Source: Candidatus Saccharimonadota bacterium (lineage in GTDB: Bacteria; Patescibacteriota; Saccharimonadia; Saccharimonadales; UBA4665). Taken from it: 32,000 bases of DNA. Both the position numbers and the translations under genes were made by a program. Position 1 is the stretch's first letter; each line of letters starts with the position of its first letter. The notes under the pieces were generated by a model. That model had not been told where the DNA came from and did not search any database. It saw nothing but the letters and a program-made list of their open reading frames with translations. Shown here one piece after another: positions 8,094-15,597 of the stretch. The stretch spans positions 270,001 to 302,000 of the forward strand of contig CP025011.1 in NCBI GenBank assembly GCA_002952755.1, read 5' to 3'.

Positions 8094-9767
8094 ATGTATC
8101 CAAGTATCGATAAAATAAAATCTTTGCTGCTCAAAGAGAGCTACATCTCGGAAGAGGATAGCGCGGCTGCAGAAAAGGCCGCTAAAGACAGCGCAGGATA
8201 TATTGACTATCTTATTCGTCAGGAGCTACTGAGCAGGCCATTGCTAGGACAGGCTCTAGCTGAGGGCTATAAGCTGCCGTTTGCCGATTTTGGCACGGTG
8301 CCAATTTCTAAGGAGCAGGTTGCGTTAATCTCGGAAAACAATGCCCGGGCTATGCGTTTGGCTGTTGCCAAAGTGGAAGATAAAAATGTGGTGGTGGCTA
8401 CCGATACGCCGGAAAAGATCGAGCCGGCCAAGATTATGGCTCTTTTTCCTGGTAAAAAAGTGCGACTTGCATACACGCTCCCAGAGTATCTGGACGCCGC
8501 CTTTGAATTATATGAACAGCCGCTTGCCACGCGTTTTTCGAAGATTATTACCGAAAGTCGGCGTGTCGCCCCAGAAGTAGTGGATGAGATTATTAAAGAT
8601 GCCCTCGGTTTTAAAGCCAGTGACATCCACTTTGAACCGCGCGACCAAAAAGTGATGGTCCGCTTTCGGGTAGACGGCACGCTACGTGAAGCCGGAGAGC
8701 TCCCTAAAGAGTACTACGATAACGTGCTCAACCGCATCAAGGTAGAGAGCGGGATGCGCATCGACGAGCACTTGGCGGCGCAGGATGGAGCTATGCAGCG
8801 TGTCTACGATAACCGTTCGGTCGATCTTCGTGTATCGTTAGTGCCGACAGTCGAGGGTGAAAAGGTAGTGATGCGTGTCCTGGGGTCGTACGTGCAGGGT
8901 TTTACCTTTAGCGACGTTGGTCTGAATGAGGCTCATCGGGAGATTATGGAGCGCAACATCGTCAAGCCGTTTGGTATGATTTTAACCGTTGGCCCCACCG
9001 GTTCCGGCAAGAGCACCACGCTCTATTCGCTGCTCAAGATGCTCAATAAGCCGGACGTCAATATTACGACTATCGAGGATCCAGTGGAGTACCGGATGGC
9101 CGGTACCAACCAAATTCAGGTCCGCGACGCCAGCAATATGACCTTTGCCAAAGGGCTGCGGGCCATTGTCCGCCAGGACCCTGATGTTATCCTGGTGGGC
9201 GAGATTCGCGACCGCGAAACGGCCGAAATTAGCGTCAATGCGGCGCTTACAGGACACCTGCTGTTGTCTACCTTCCATGCCAACGACGCTGCGACTGCCT
9301 TGCCCCGCCTGGTGGATATGGGCATCGAACCATTCTTGCTGGCCTCAACGGTCGAGGTTATTATCGCCCAGCGTTTAGTCCGTCTCATCTGTTCACATTG
9401 CCGCTACAGCGTTTCGATCGAGGATGCGGCTAATCAGATTCATACATCTGCGCTCAATGTGCTGCAATACTTCCGAAAGGGCGATAATGTGTATGCCGGT
9501 AAGGGTTGCAACGTATGCAGCGGTAGCGGATATCAGGGGCGGACGGCGGTTTTTGAGATGATTGAGGTGACGCCTGAAATGCAGGAATTGATGCTGCATG
9601 CTCCTTCGAACCGCGAAATCGAAGAGCTGGCGCGTAAACAAGGCAGCCGTCCAATGTTTGAAGATGGTATCGATAAGGTAAAAAGGGGCATGACCACCCT
9701 AGCCGAAGTGCTCCGCGTGGTGTCGCCACCGACTGAAAAACAAAAGGAAGCCCACGATGTCGCCTAA
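8094..9767 (+). CDS. pilB: type IV pilus assembly ATPase PilB (GspE family)
   Basis: T2SSE N-terminal domain, Walker A GPTGSGKSTT, Asp/His boxes (TIEDPVEY, LVGEIRD, TGHLLLSTFHAND) and tetracysteine CSHC...CNVC. AGGTG (8081-8085) favours ATG 8094 over GTG 8088. Confidence 0.95.
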   Translation: MYPSIDKIKSLLLKESYISEEDSAAAEKAAKDSAGYIDYLIRQELLSRPLLGQALAEGYKLPFADFGTVPISKEQVALISENNARAMRLAVAKVEDKNVVVATDTPEKIEPAKIMALFPGKKVRLAYTLPEYLDAAFELYEQPLATRFSKIITESRRVAPEVVDEIIKDALGFKASDIHFEPRDQKVMVRFRVDGTLREAGELPKEYYDNVLNRIKVESGMRIDEHLAAQDGAMQRVYDNRSVDLRVSLVPTVEGEKVVMRVLGSYVQGFTFSDVGLNEAHREIMERNIVKPFGMILTVGPTGSGKSTTLYSLLKMLNKPDVNITTIEDPVEYRMAGTNQIQVRDASNMTFAKGLRAIVRQDPDVILVGEIRDRETAEISVNAALTGHLLLSTFHANDAATALPRLVDMGIEPFLLASTVEVIIAQRLVRLICSHCRYSVSIEDAANQIHTSALNVLQYFRKGDNVYAGKGCNVCSGSGYQGRTAVFEMIEVTPEMQELMLHAPSNREIEELARKQGSRPMFEDGIDKVKRGMTTLAEVLRVVSPPTEKQKEAHDVA

Positions 9768-10866
9768 AAAAGTGGCGGCCAGCGACAAAAAGGAGTCCGA
9801 GACCTTTAAAAAGGTCCGTTTGCCATTTAAGGAACGGGAGTATTTTACTGAGAATCTGGCGCTTTTACTTAAGTCGGCGGTTCCGGTGGGCGACGCTCTA
9901 GGATCGCTAGAAAATACGGTACGCAGCAAGCCAATGAAGCGGGCACTGGCCAACATGCGCATCGATATCGACGCTGGGTATCCGCTGGCAGACTCCCTGG
10001 AGCGCAGCGGTTTGTCATCAGGACAAACATTGGCGCTGGTGCGGCTGGGCGAGCATTCCGGGCATCTGGTAGAAAACTTGCAGCTGGCCGCGCAGCAAGA
10101 AGAAAAGCGGCATATTTTTCGCGCCAAAGTCCGCTCAGCGCTCATCTATCCGGCTTTTGTGCTTACGCTGACGGGGGTAGTTGGTCTTGGCGTAGCCTGG
10201 TTTTTGCTTCCCCGCCTAAGTTCGACGTTTTCGCAGCTGCATGTCCATTTGCCTTTGGTGTCGCGGGTCATGATTGGCGCCGGCATCTTTTTAAAGGCGC
10301 ATGGGCTGGTAGTAATACCGTTGTTTCTCTTGTTTTGTGCCGCCGTGTTTTATGTCTTATTTTTAGCGCCCAAAACCAAGAAAGCAGGCAAGCTGCTATT
10401 GTTTGCTTTTCCTGGTATCGGCCGGCTGATGCGCGAGGTCGAGATCGCCCAATTCGGTTATCTGCTCGGTACGTTGCTGGAAGCTGGCTTGTCGATTACC
10501 GATGCTTTGCAGCTGCTGGTGGGTGCATCGGCTGCCCCGCAGTACCAGGATTTTTATCACTATTTGGCGCATTCTCTGGACGACGGCTTCAGCTTTAAAG
10601 ATTCGCTGCAGCGCTATAAGGGGAGTGCAAAGTTGCTGCCTGGCGCAGTGCAGCAGATGGTGGTTGCTGGCGAGCGCTCCGGCTCGCTCAGCGAAGTATT
10701 GCTTACGGTAGGTCGGACCTATGAACAAAAGGCAGATGTGACGACGGCCAACCTGGAGGCGATTATCGAGCCTGTTATGCTCGTTGGCGTCGGAATCGGC
10801 GTGATGCTGGTAGCGATTGCCGTTATTTTGCCAATTTATAGCTTAGTGGGCGGATTGGGAAAATGA
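9757..10866 (+). CDS. pilC: type IV pilus platform protein PilC (GspF family)
   Basis: Two T2SSF-type repeats with TM segments, in the position after pilB. AAGGAAG SD. The ATG overlaps the pilB end by 11 nt. Confidence 0.9.
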   Translation: MSPKKVAASDKKESETFKKVRLPFKEREYFTENLALLLKSAVPVGDALGSLENTVRSKPMKRALANMRIDIDAGYPLADSLERSGLSSGQTLALVRLGEHSGHLVENLQLAAQQEEKRHIFRAKVRSALIYPAFVLTLTGVVGLGVAWFLLPRLSSTFSQLHVHLPLVSRVMIGAGIFLKAHGLVVIPLFLLFCAAVFYVLFLAPKTKKAGKLLLFAFPGIGRLMREVEIAQFGYLLGTLLEAGLSITDALQLLVGASAAPQYQDFYHYLAHSLDDGFSFKDSLQRYKGSAKLLPGAVQQMVVAGERSGSLSEVLLTVGRTYEQKADVTTANLEAIIEPVMLVGVGIGVMLVAIAVILPIYSLVGGLGK

Positions 10867-11300
10867 GACGTGAGGGTGGTTTTACGCTGGTGGAGATGCT
10901 TTTGTCGGTAACGATCATTAGCATATTGGTCGGCGCATCGCTACCGGTGTATGAATCTTTCGTGCGCCGCAACGATTTGGATCTGACCACGCAATCGGTA
11001 GTGGCGCTTATTCGCCGGGCGGAAGCCTATGCGCGAACGATGTATGGAGACACGGCCTGGAGCGTCGAACTCCAGCCGTCCACGGTAACCTTGTTTGCTG
11101 GAACGAATTTTGCAGGCCGTAATACGGGGCTGGACGAAACGATGAGCGTGCCAGCTTCCATCGCGTTGAGTGGTCTGGGCGAAATACAATTTACTAAATT
11201 GAGCGCAGTGCCGAACACCACCGGCACAGTGACACTTAGCAGTACAACTAACGATACAAGGACGATCTCTGTCAATGCCAAAGGTATGGTCGATTACTAG
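10863..11300 (+). CDS. minor pilin, GspH/FimT-like (prepilin N-terminal methylation motif)
   Basis: MRREGG|FTLVEMLLSVTIISILVG is a class III signal with Glu at +5, and the 145-aa size and body resemble GspH/FimU. ATGA overlap with the pilC stop. Confidence 0.85.
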   Translation: MRREGGFTLVEMLLSVTIISILVGASLPVYESFVRRNDLDLTTQSVVALIRRAEAYARTMYGDTAWSVELQPSTVTLFAGTNFAGRNTGLDETMSVPASIALSGLGEIQFTKLSAVPNTTGTVTLSSTTNDTRTISVNAKGMVDY

Positions 11301-12711
11301 ATTAGGACAGGACCGCAAAGAGTGCGGTTTTTCGATTGTCGAGCTACTGCTGGCAGTAACTATATTCGGGATGCTGACCACCGGGCTGATTGGCGCAATC
11401 GTATATGGCCGTGCATCTACGGCCAATGCCGGCGACACGGCGCGCGGACAATTGCTGGCCGAGGAAGGTATCGAAGCGACGCGCAATATTGCCAATGCCT
11501 CATTTGCCAATCTGGTTGATGGCTCATACGGCTTAACCCAAAGCGGCAGTCCCCTGTCATGGTCGTTCCTAGGCAGCGGCACGAGTGACACCACAGGCGT
11601 TTATACCAGACAGGTAACCATCGCCACGGCGGGCACTAATCGCAAAACGATCACCAGTACGGTCACCTGGCCGGAATTTGGCGGCTCTACGGGCACCATT
11701 GCACTAACTGCCCGCCTGGTGAACTGGGCCGCCTCGCTCAAACTCTGGTCTAACACAGTCGTCGGTACCAGTAACGACGTTACTGGTACAAATAATGGGC
11801 TCAAAACTGCAACCTCCGGCAACTACGCCTACACCGTGTTGAACGTGGCTACCACCAATAACTTCGTGGTAACTAATCTGACTAACCCAGCCGCCCCAAC
11901 CAGTACTGCGTTTTCGATTGCCGGTACCCCCACGAATATCTTTGTGGCAGGCAACTACGCCTACGTGACTAATCAGCTCGACACCGCCGAATTGCAAGTA
12001 GTCGATATTACTAACCCGGCTGCACCATCGGTCGTTGCCAGCGTTGATATGACGGGCACCGGCAACGGGCAGGGCATATATGTGTCAAATGGGTACGCCT
12101 ATGTGGTACGCGCAGCCGATGTTACCACGAGCGCTAACGAGCTCACTATCGTTAATGTTGCCAATCCCACTACGCCGGTAGTGGTTGGCGGCTACAACAA
12201 CGACATTTCGATGAATGAGGTTACGGTGATCGGCACCAATGCCTTCATCGCCACCAGTTCCACCACTCAGGAGATGTTGGTCGTGAATGCCGCAGTCCCT
12301 GCCGCTCCGGTCTTAAGTGCTACGTATAATGCGCCCACAAGCGTGGCTGCTACCACAATTGCCAGCTATGGTAATACTGTCTTGCTCGGGATGAGCACGA
12401 CGCTCAGCGCCATCAATGTGACGACGCCCACGACGCCAGCATTGTATAGCTCGTTTACGGCAGTCGGGGCAATCAACGATATTAGTGTCGATATCCTGAA
12501 TACAACCGCCTTTCTAGGCACTGCTAGCACTACGGGCGAATTTCAAGCCATCAACATTACGACACCAACAGCCATGACTCTACTGAAAACCGTGGATGTA
12601 ACGGGAACCACCAGCACTGTTAGCGGCGTCTCGTATGCCAGTTCACTAGATGTTGTGGTGGGCGCTTCGGCCTCTGATACGCAAGAAGTGCTCATCTTTA
12701 ACAGGAATTAG
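11275..12711 (+). CDS. pilin-like protein fused to a seven-repeat LVIVD-type beta-propeller
   Basis: KECG|FSIVELLLAVTIFGML prepilin motif (E at +5), then a pseudopilin-like body. Aa ~176-478 hold seven ~45-aa repeats of the form GNYAYV...ELQVVDITNPAAPSVV / YAYVV...LTIVNVANPTTPVVV (LVIVD repeat pattern). The start overlaps the upstream gene by 26 nt. Confidence 0.8.
   Translation: MPKVWSITRLGQDRKECGFSIVELLLAVTIFGMLTTGLIGAIVYGRASTANAGDTARGQLLAEEGIEATRNIANASFANLVDGSYGLTQSGSPLSWSFLGSGTSDTTGVYTRQVTIATAGTNRKTITSTVTWPEFGGSTGTIALTARLVNWAASLKLWSNTVVGTSNDVTGTNNGLKTATSGNYAYTVLNVATTNNFVVTNLTNPAAPTSTAFSIAGTPTNIFVAGNYAYVTNQLDTAELQVVDITNPAAPSVVASVDMTGTGNGQGIYVSNGYAYVVRAADVTTSANELTIVNVANPTTPVVVGGYNNDISMNEVTVIGTNAFIATSSTTQEMLVVNAAVPAAPVLSATYNAPTSVAATTIASYGNTVLLGMSTTLSAINVTTPTTPALYSSFTAVGAINDISVDILNTTAFLGTASTTGEFQAINITTPTAMTLLKTVDVTGTTSTVSGVSYASSLDVVVGASASDTQEVLIFNRN
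11752..12708 (+). repeat. seven tandem LVIVD-like coding repeats (protein level)
   Basis: Blades begin near aa 176, 211, 254, 304, 348, 393 and 436. The recurring core is hydrophobic-x-V/I-V/I-D/N-hydrophobic-T/A-N/T-P-x-x-P. The repeats are diverged at nucleotide level. Confidence 0.6.
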
Positions 12712-12715
12712 CAGT

Positions 12716-13696
12716 ATGAAATACAGAAGACACAATCAGACCGGCTACACCCTTGTTGAGCTGCTGCTCTATATTGCCATCGTCGGCTCGCTGCTTACGG
12801 CTATCGTGTTCTTTTTAGGTACTACCGTCGAATCGCGCCTCAAGAACGAAACCATAAGTGAGGTGAATGACCAAGGCGCGAGCATCATGGATACGCTGAC
12901 ACAGACCATCCGTAACGCTACGTCAATCACCAGTCCGGCCAGCGGCGCCAGCCTGCCGGCTTTAACGCTTGTGGTGCCGACGGGCACGCTTAGTCCAACG
13001 GTATTTGATCTGAGCGGTACGCTGTTCGGTCTAAACCTTGACGGTGGTACGAGCGATACGAGTGACCATGACGCCATGAACGCTACTAAGATTGTAGCGG
13101 GAGCAACGGGCACAATCTCATCGCTGAATGCCTACGTGGCAACCGTTGCCGCGAGTCCAAATAATCAGGCACAGATGGCCTTATATAGCGGCACCACGCC
13201 CACAACGCTTCTTGCAACGAGCTCCAGTGTAACGCTTAAAGCTAACACCTGGAATAATTTCCCCATTCCTACTACCCCGGTTACTAGTGGCCAGACGTAT
13301 TGGATCGCTTATAACACCAACGGCCTGGCCACTGGCGATAATGACTTGCGTGAGCGGTCCGGCTCTGCCGGGCAGTCCGGTTTTTTGGCGCAGACATTTG
13401 GCACCTGGCCTAATTCGTGGACGCCCACTACGCAAAGTACAGAATTTTCGATGTACGCGATGATCGACCCAGCCAATACCCCAGGTGCGATTCGGATTAA
13501 AGAGGGGTCGGGCAGCGTGGTGCCGCTTACCGACAGCAATGTGCAGCTGAGTGGCCTCAATTTCAGGAATCTTACCCGGACTGGCGCACCCGGTGTTATA
13601 CAGATCACCTTCACACTCTCACGGTTAAACCCGCTGGGCCGCAACGAGTACGATTATCAAAAAACGTTTACTGCTTCGGCCGAGGTGGGGTGGTGA
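12716..13696 (+). CDS. pilin-like protein with an inserted DUF4082-like jelly-roll module
   Basis: MKYRRHNQTG|YTLVELLLYIAIVGSLL prepilin motif. ATG 12716 follows the upstream stop by 4 nt, and the ORF-track start 12650 lies inside the previous gene. Aa ~105-250 (ATKIVAGATGTISSLNAYVA...QMALYSG...LLATSSSVTLKANTWNNFPIPTTPVTSGQTYWIAYNTNG) follow the same pattern as the DUF4082 core of 5923..7770. Confidence 0.8.
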   Translation: MKYRRHNQTGYTLVELLLYIAIVGSLLTAIVFFLGTTVESRLKNETISEVNDQGASIMDTLTQTIRNATSITSPASGASLPALTLVVPTGTLSPTVFDLSGTLFGLNLDGGTSDTSDHDAMNATKIVAGATGTISSLNAYVATVAASPNNQAQMALYSGTTPTTLLATSSSVTLKANTWNNFPIPTTPVTSGQTYWIAYNTNGLATGDNDLRERSGSAGQSGFLAQTFGTWPNSWTPTTQSTEFSMYAMIDPANTPGAIRIKEGSGSVVPLTDSNVQLSGLNFRNLTRTGAPGVIQITFTLSRLNPLGRNEYDYQKTFTASAEVGW

Positions 13697-14709
13697 TGGA
13701 GGGGCAACGTCAAGCTGGATATGTCGCATTGCTAGCAGTGCTCATAGTCGGTGCGGTCGCTACGGCTATCGCATTGGCTCTGCTCGCGATTGGAGCAGAC
13801 AGCCAGCGGTCGGCTCTGGTTTTGCAACAAGCCAAGCAGGCTCGTTCATTAGCGATAGCTTGCGGTGAGGAAGCGTTGCAGCAGGTGCACGACAACGTTG
13901 CTTTTAAGGGAACGAATACTCTTTCTCTTGGCCAAGGTACCTGCAGCTATATCGTGTCTGGCACAACCGCCACAACCCGGACGGTGGCGGCAACCGGCAC
14001 GGTCGGCACGGTGGTTAAGCGGCTTACCGCCACCGCAACCGTCGGCGCGTCAACGCTCACCGTGAGCTCATGGAAGGAGGCAAGTACCAACGGGCCTTCT
14101 ACTCCTACATTCGTGCAAGTGGTGAGCGCCACGCCGCAAACCAGCCCGACTTCGGTCGCAGCAACCTACGCTGCTGAAACGGCCGGCAACACCAACGTGG
14201 TGATAATTGGATGGAAAAACGCCACAACGACGATTAGCTCGGTTGTTGATTCGGCCGGCAACACCTATCAGATAGCTGCACAATTGACGCGCGGCACCAA
14301 TGTAAGCCAGGCGATCTATTACGCAAAGAATATTACCGGTGGGACGCCGACTGTTACAGTAACCTTTAGCGCTGCCAGCGCCACTCCAGATTTGCGGATT
14401 ATGGAATACGGCGGGCTTGATGCGACAAGTCCGTTCGATTCGTCGGTATCGGCAGTGGGCAACACTGCAGCAAGCAGTAGCGGCACGGTAAATACGAACT
14501 ACCCGACTGATCTGATCGTGGGCGCTGGCACTGCCCAGACTGCGTTTAGTGCAGCTGGCTCCGGCTATACCCAACGTATTCTCACGCCCACTGATAATAA
14601 TATTGCCGAAGACAAGGTGGTTAGCTCGGCCGGAGCATATACGGCTACTGCTACAGCCAGCGGTAACTGGGTAATGCAGGCTGCTGCCTTCCGTGCAGCT
14701 GGACAATAA
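13696..14709 (+). CDS. PilX/GspK-like minor pilin (no Glu+5) with ~200-aa C-terminal beta-rich domain
   Basis: QAG|YVALLAVLIVGAVATAIALALLAIGADSQRSALVLQQAKQARSLAIACGEEAL matches the PilX N-terminal pattern, and +5 is Leu rather than Glu. TGATG overlap with the upstream stop. The C-terminal domain (aa 135-337) is unassigned. Confidence 0.7.
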   Translation: MEGQRQAGYVALLAVLIVGAVATAIALALLAIGADSQRSALVLQQAKQARSLAIACGEEALQQVHDNVAFKGTNTLSLGQGTCSYIVSGTTATTRTVAATGTVGTVVKRLTATATVGASTLTVSSWKEASTNGPSTPTFVQVVSATPQTSPTSVAATYAAETAGNTNVVIIGWKNATTTISSVVDSAGNTYQIAAQLTRGTNVSQAIYYAKNITGGTPTVTVTFSAASATPDLRIMEYGGLDATSPFDSSVSAVGNTAASSSGTVNTNYPTDLIVGAGTAQTAFSAAGSGYTQRILTPTDNNIAEDKVVSSAGAYTATATASGNWVMQAAAFRAAGQ

Positions 14710-14775
14710 GAGACCATTTCAAAAATCTCTCCTGCAGCCGGCTGATGACGAAATGGGGATGGGCTTACATATATA

Positions 14776-14784
14776 TGCTACAAT
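14776..14784 (+). promoter_or_regulatory. extended -10 element (TGcTACAAT), candidate major-pilin promoter
   Basis: Sits in the 155-nt gap before the pilin gene, about 80 nt upstream of ATG 14865. The 9-mer is identical to those at 7921 and 27539. Confidence 0.4.
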
Positions 14785-14864
14785 TGGTCGGTAAGCATAA
14801 GCGGTATTCAGATATAGTGGATCGGCTAATGCAGTAAGCATATAAAAGAAAGGGTTCGGGCTGT

Positions 14865-15359
14865 ATGCGACGTCTTAAAAATATTAAACAACAAGCACAG
14901 GCGGGGTTCACGCTGTTGGAAGTCTTACTGGTGGTGGCCATCATCGCCATTTTGGCAGGTATCGTTATTATTGCGATCAACCCTGGTAAAAACCTCGGCG
15001 ATGCGCGTAACTCACAGCGTTCAGCCGATGTAAATACCATCATCAACGGTACATACCAATACATTTTGGACAACAACGGCAATTTGCCCGCTGTGGGCGC
15101 ACGTACTGGCGCCGTGGCAATTTCTACTACCCCTACTGAAATTTGTGTGACTACCGGTTCAACATGTACTGGTTTGGTTGACCTCGCAGTACTTACTACA
15201 AATGGTAAATATCTAGTTGCGATTCCAAAAGACCCGTCTTGTCCTACGGGCTGTAACGCCAACGGCGTGGGTTATACCATCGCAAAAGATGTGAACGGCC
15301 GTTTGGTTGTGAACGCTCCTGGTGTGGAAAACGGTAAAACCATTCAAGTAACGAAGTAG
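14865..15359 (+). CDS. type IV major pilin candidate
   Basis: MRRLKNIKQQAQAG|FTLLEVLLVVAIIAILAGIVIIAI, followed by ARNSQRSADVNTI. Small (164 aa) with two close Cys pairs (EICVTTGSTC, SCPTGC). It has its own promoter and a downstream terminator. Confidence 0.9.
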   Translation: MRRLKNIKQQAQAGFTLLEVLLVVAIIAILAGIVIIAINPGKNLGDARNSQRSADVNTIINGTYQYILDNNGNLPAVGARTGAVAISTTPTEICVTTGSTCTGLVDLAVLTTNGKYLVAIPKDPSCPTGCNANGVGYTIAKDVNGRLVVNAPGVENGKTIQVTK

Positions 15360-15367
15360 TAGCCTGT

Positions 15368-15535
15368 ATGGCGACCAAAAAGAGAGCCGCACAGGGTAAG
15401 CGAGGGGCAAAATCTGCCCCTCGGAAAGCAGCACAGCAAACAACATTTAGCGAGCAGACCACTCAATTGCTGGTTGTATGCTTTACGTTGCTCAGTTTGC
15501 TCTTTGCAGTACTCGCCTTCTGGCGGTACGGATAG
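15368..15535 (+). CDS. 55-aa tail-anchored small membrane protein candidate
   Basis: MATKKRAAQGKRGAKSAPRKAAQQTTFSEQTTQLLVVCFTLLSLLFAVLAFWRYG: basic N-terminus plus one C-terminal TM. It starts 8 nt after the pilin stop and ends 28 nt before the terminator. No clear SD. Below the ORF-track cutoff. Confidence 0.3.
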   Translation: MATKKRAAQGKRGAKSAPRKAAQQTTFSEQTTQLLVVCFTLLSLLFAVLAFWRYG

Positions 15536-15563
15536 AGTACCGGCTACTGTGAAATTACAAAAA

Positions 15564-15593
15564 GACTGCCTCGCTTTCAGAGGCGGTCTTTTT
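15564..15593. terminator. bidirectional rho-independent terminator
   Basis: GACTGCCTC (15564-15572) / loop GCTTTCA / GAGGCGGTC (15580-15588) gives a 9-bp stem with one G-U. It is flanked by AAAAA upstream and TTTTT downstream, between convergent genes. Confidence 0.6.
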
Positions 15594-15597
15594 GCTT

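Noticed and set aside
10941-11594. 217-aa minus-strand ORF across the minor pilin 1/2 junction. Similar long antisense ORFs lie at 14068..14706, 14765..15262, 4969..5520, 21735..22283, 8267..8680, 9699..10145 and 17706..18140.
   Set aside because: Each lies antisense to a gene with unmistakable family motifs (prepilin signals, PilB, PilC, pyk, tpiA). Their products are Arg/Ser/Cys/Pro-rich with no motifs. Long antisense ORFs are expected where the sense strand has GC-biased third positions.
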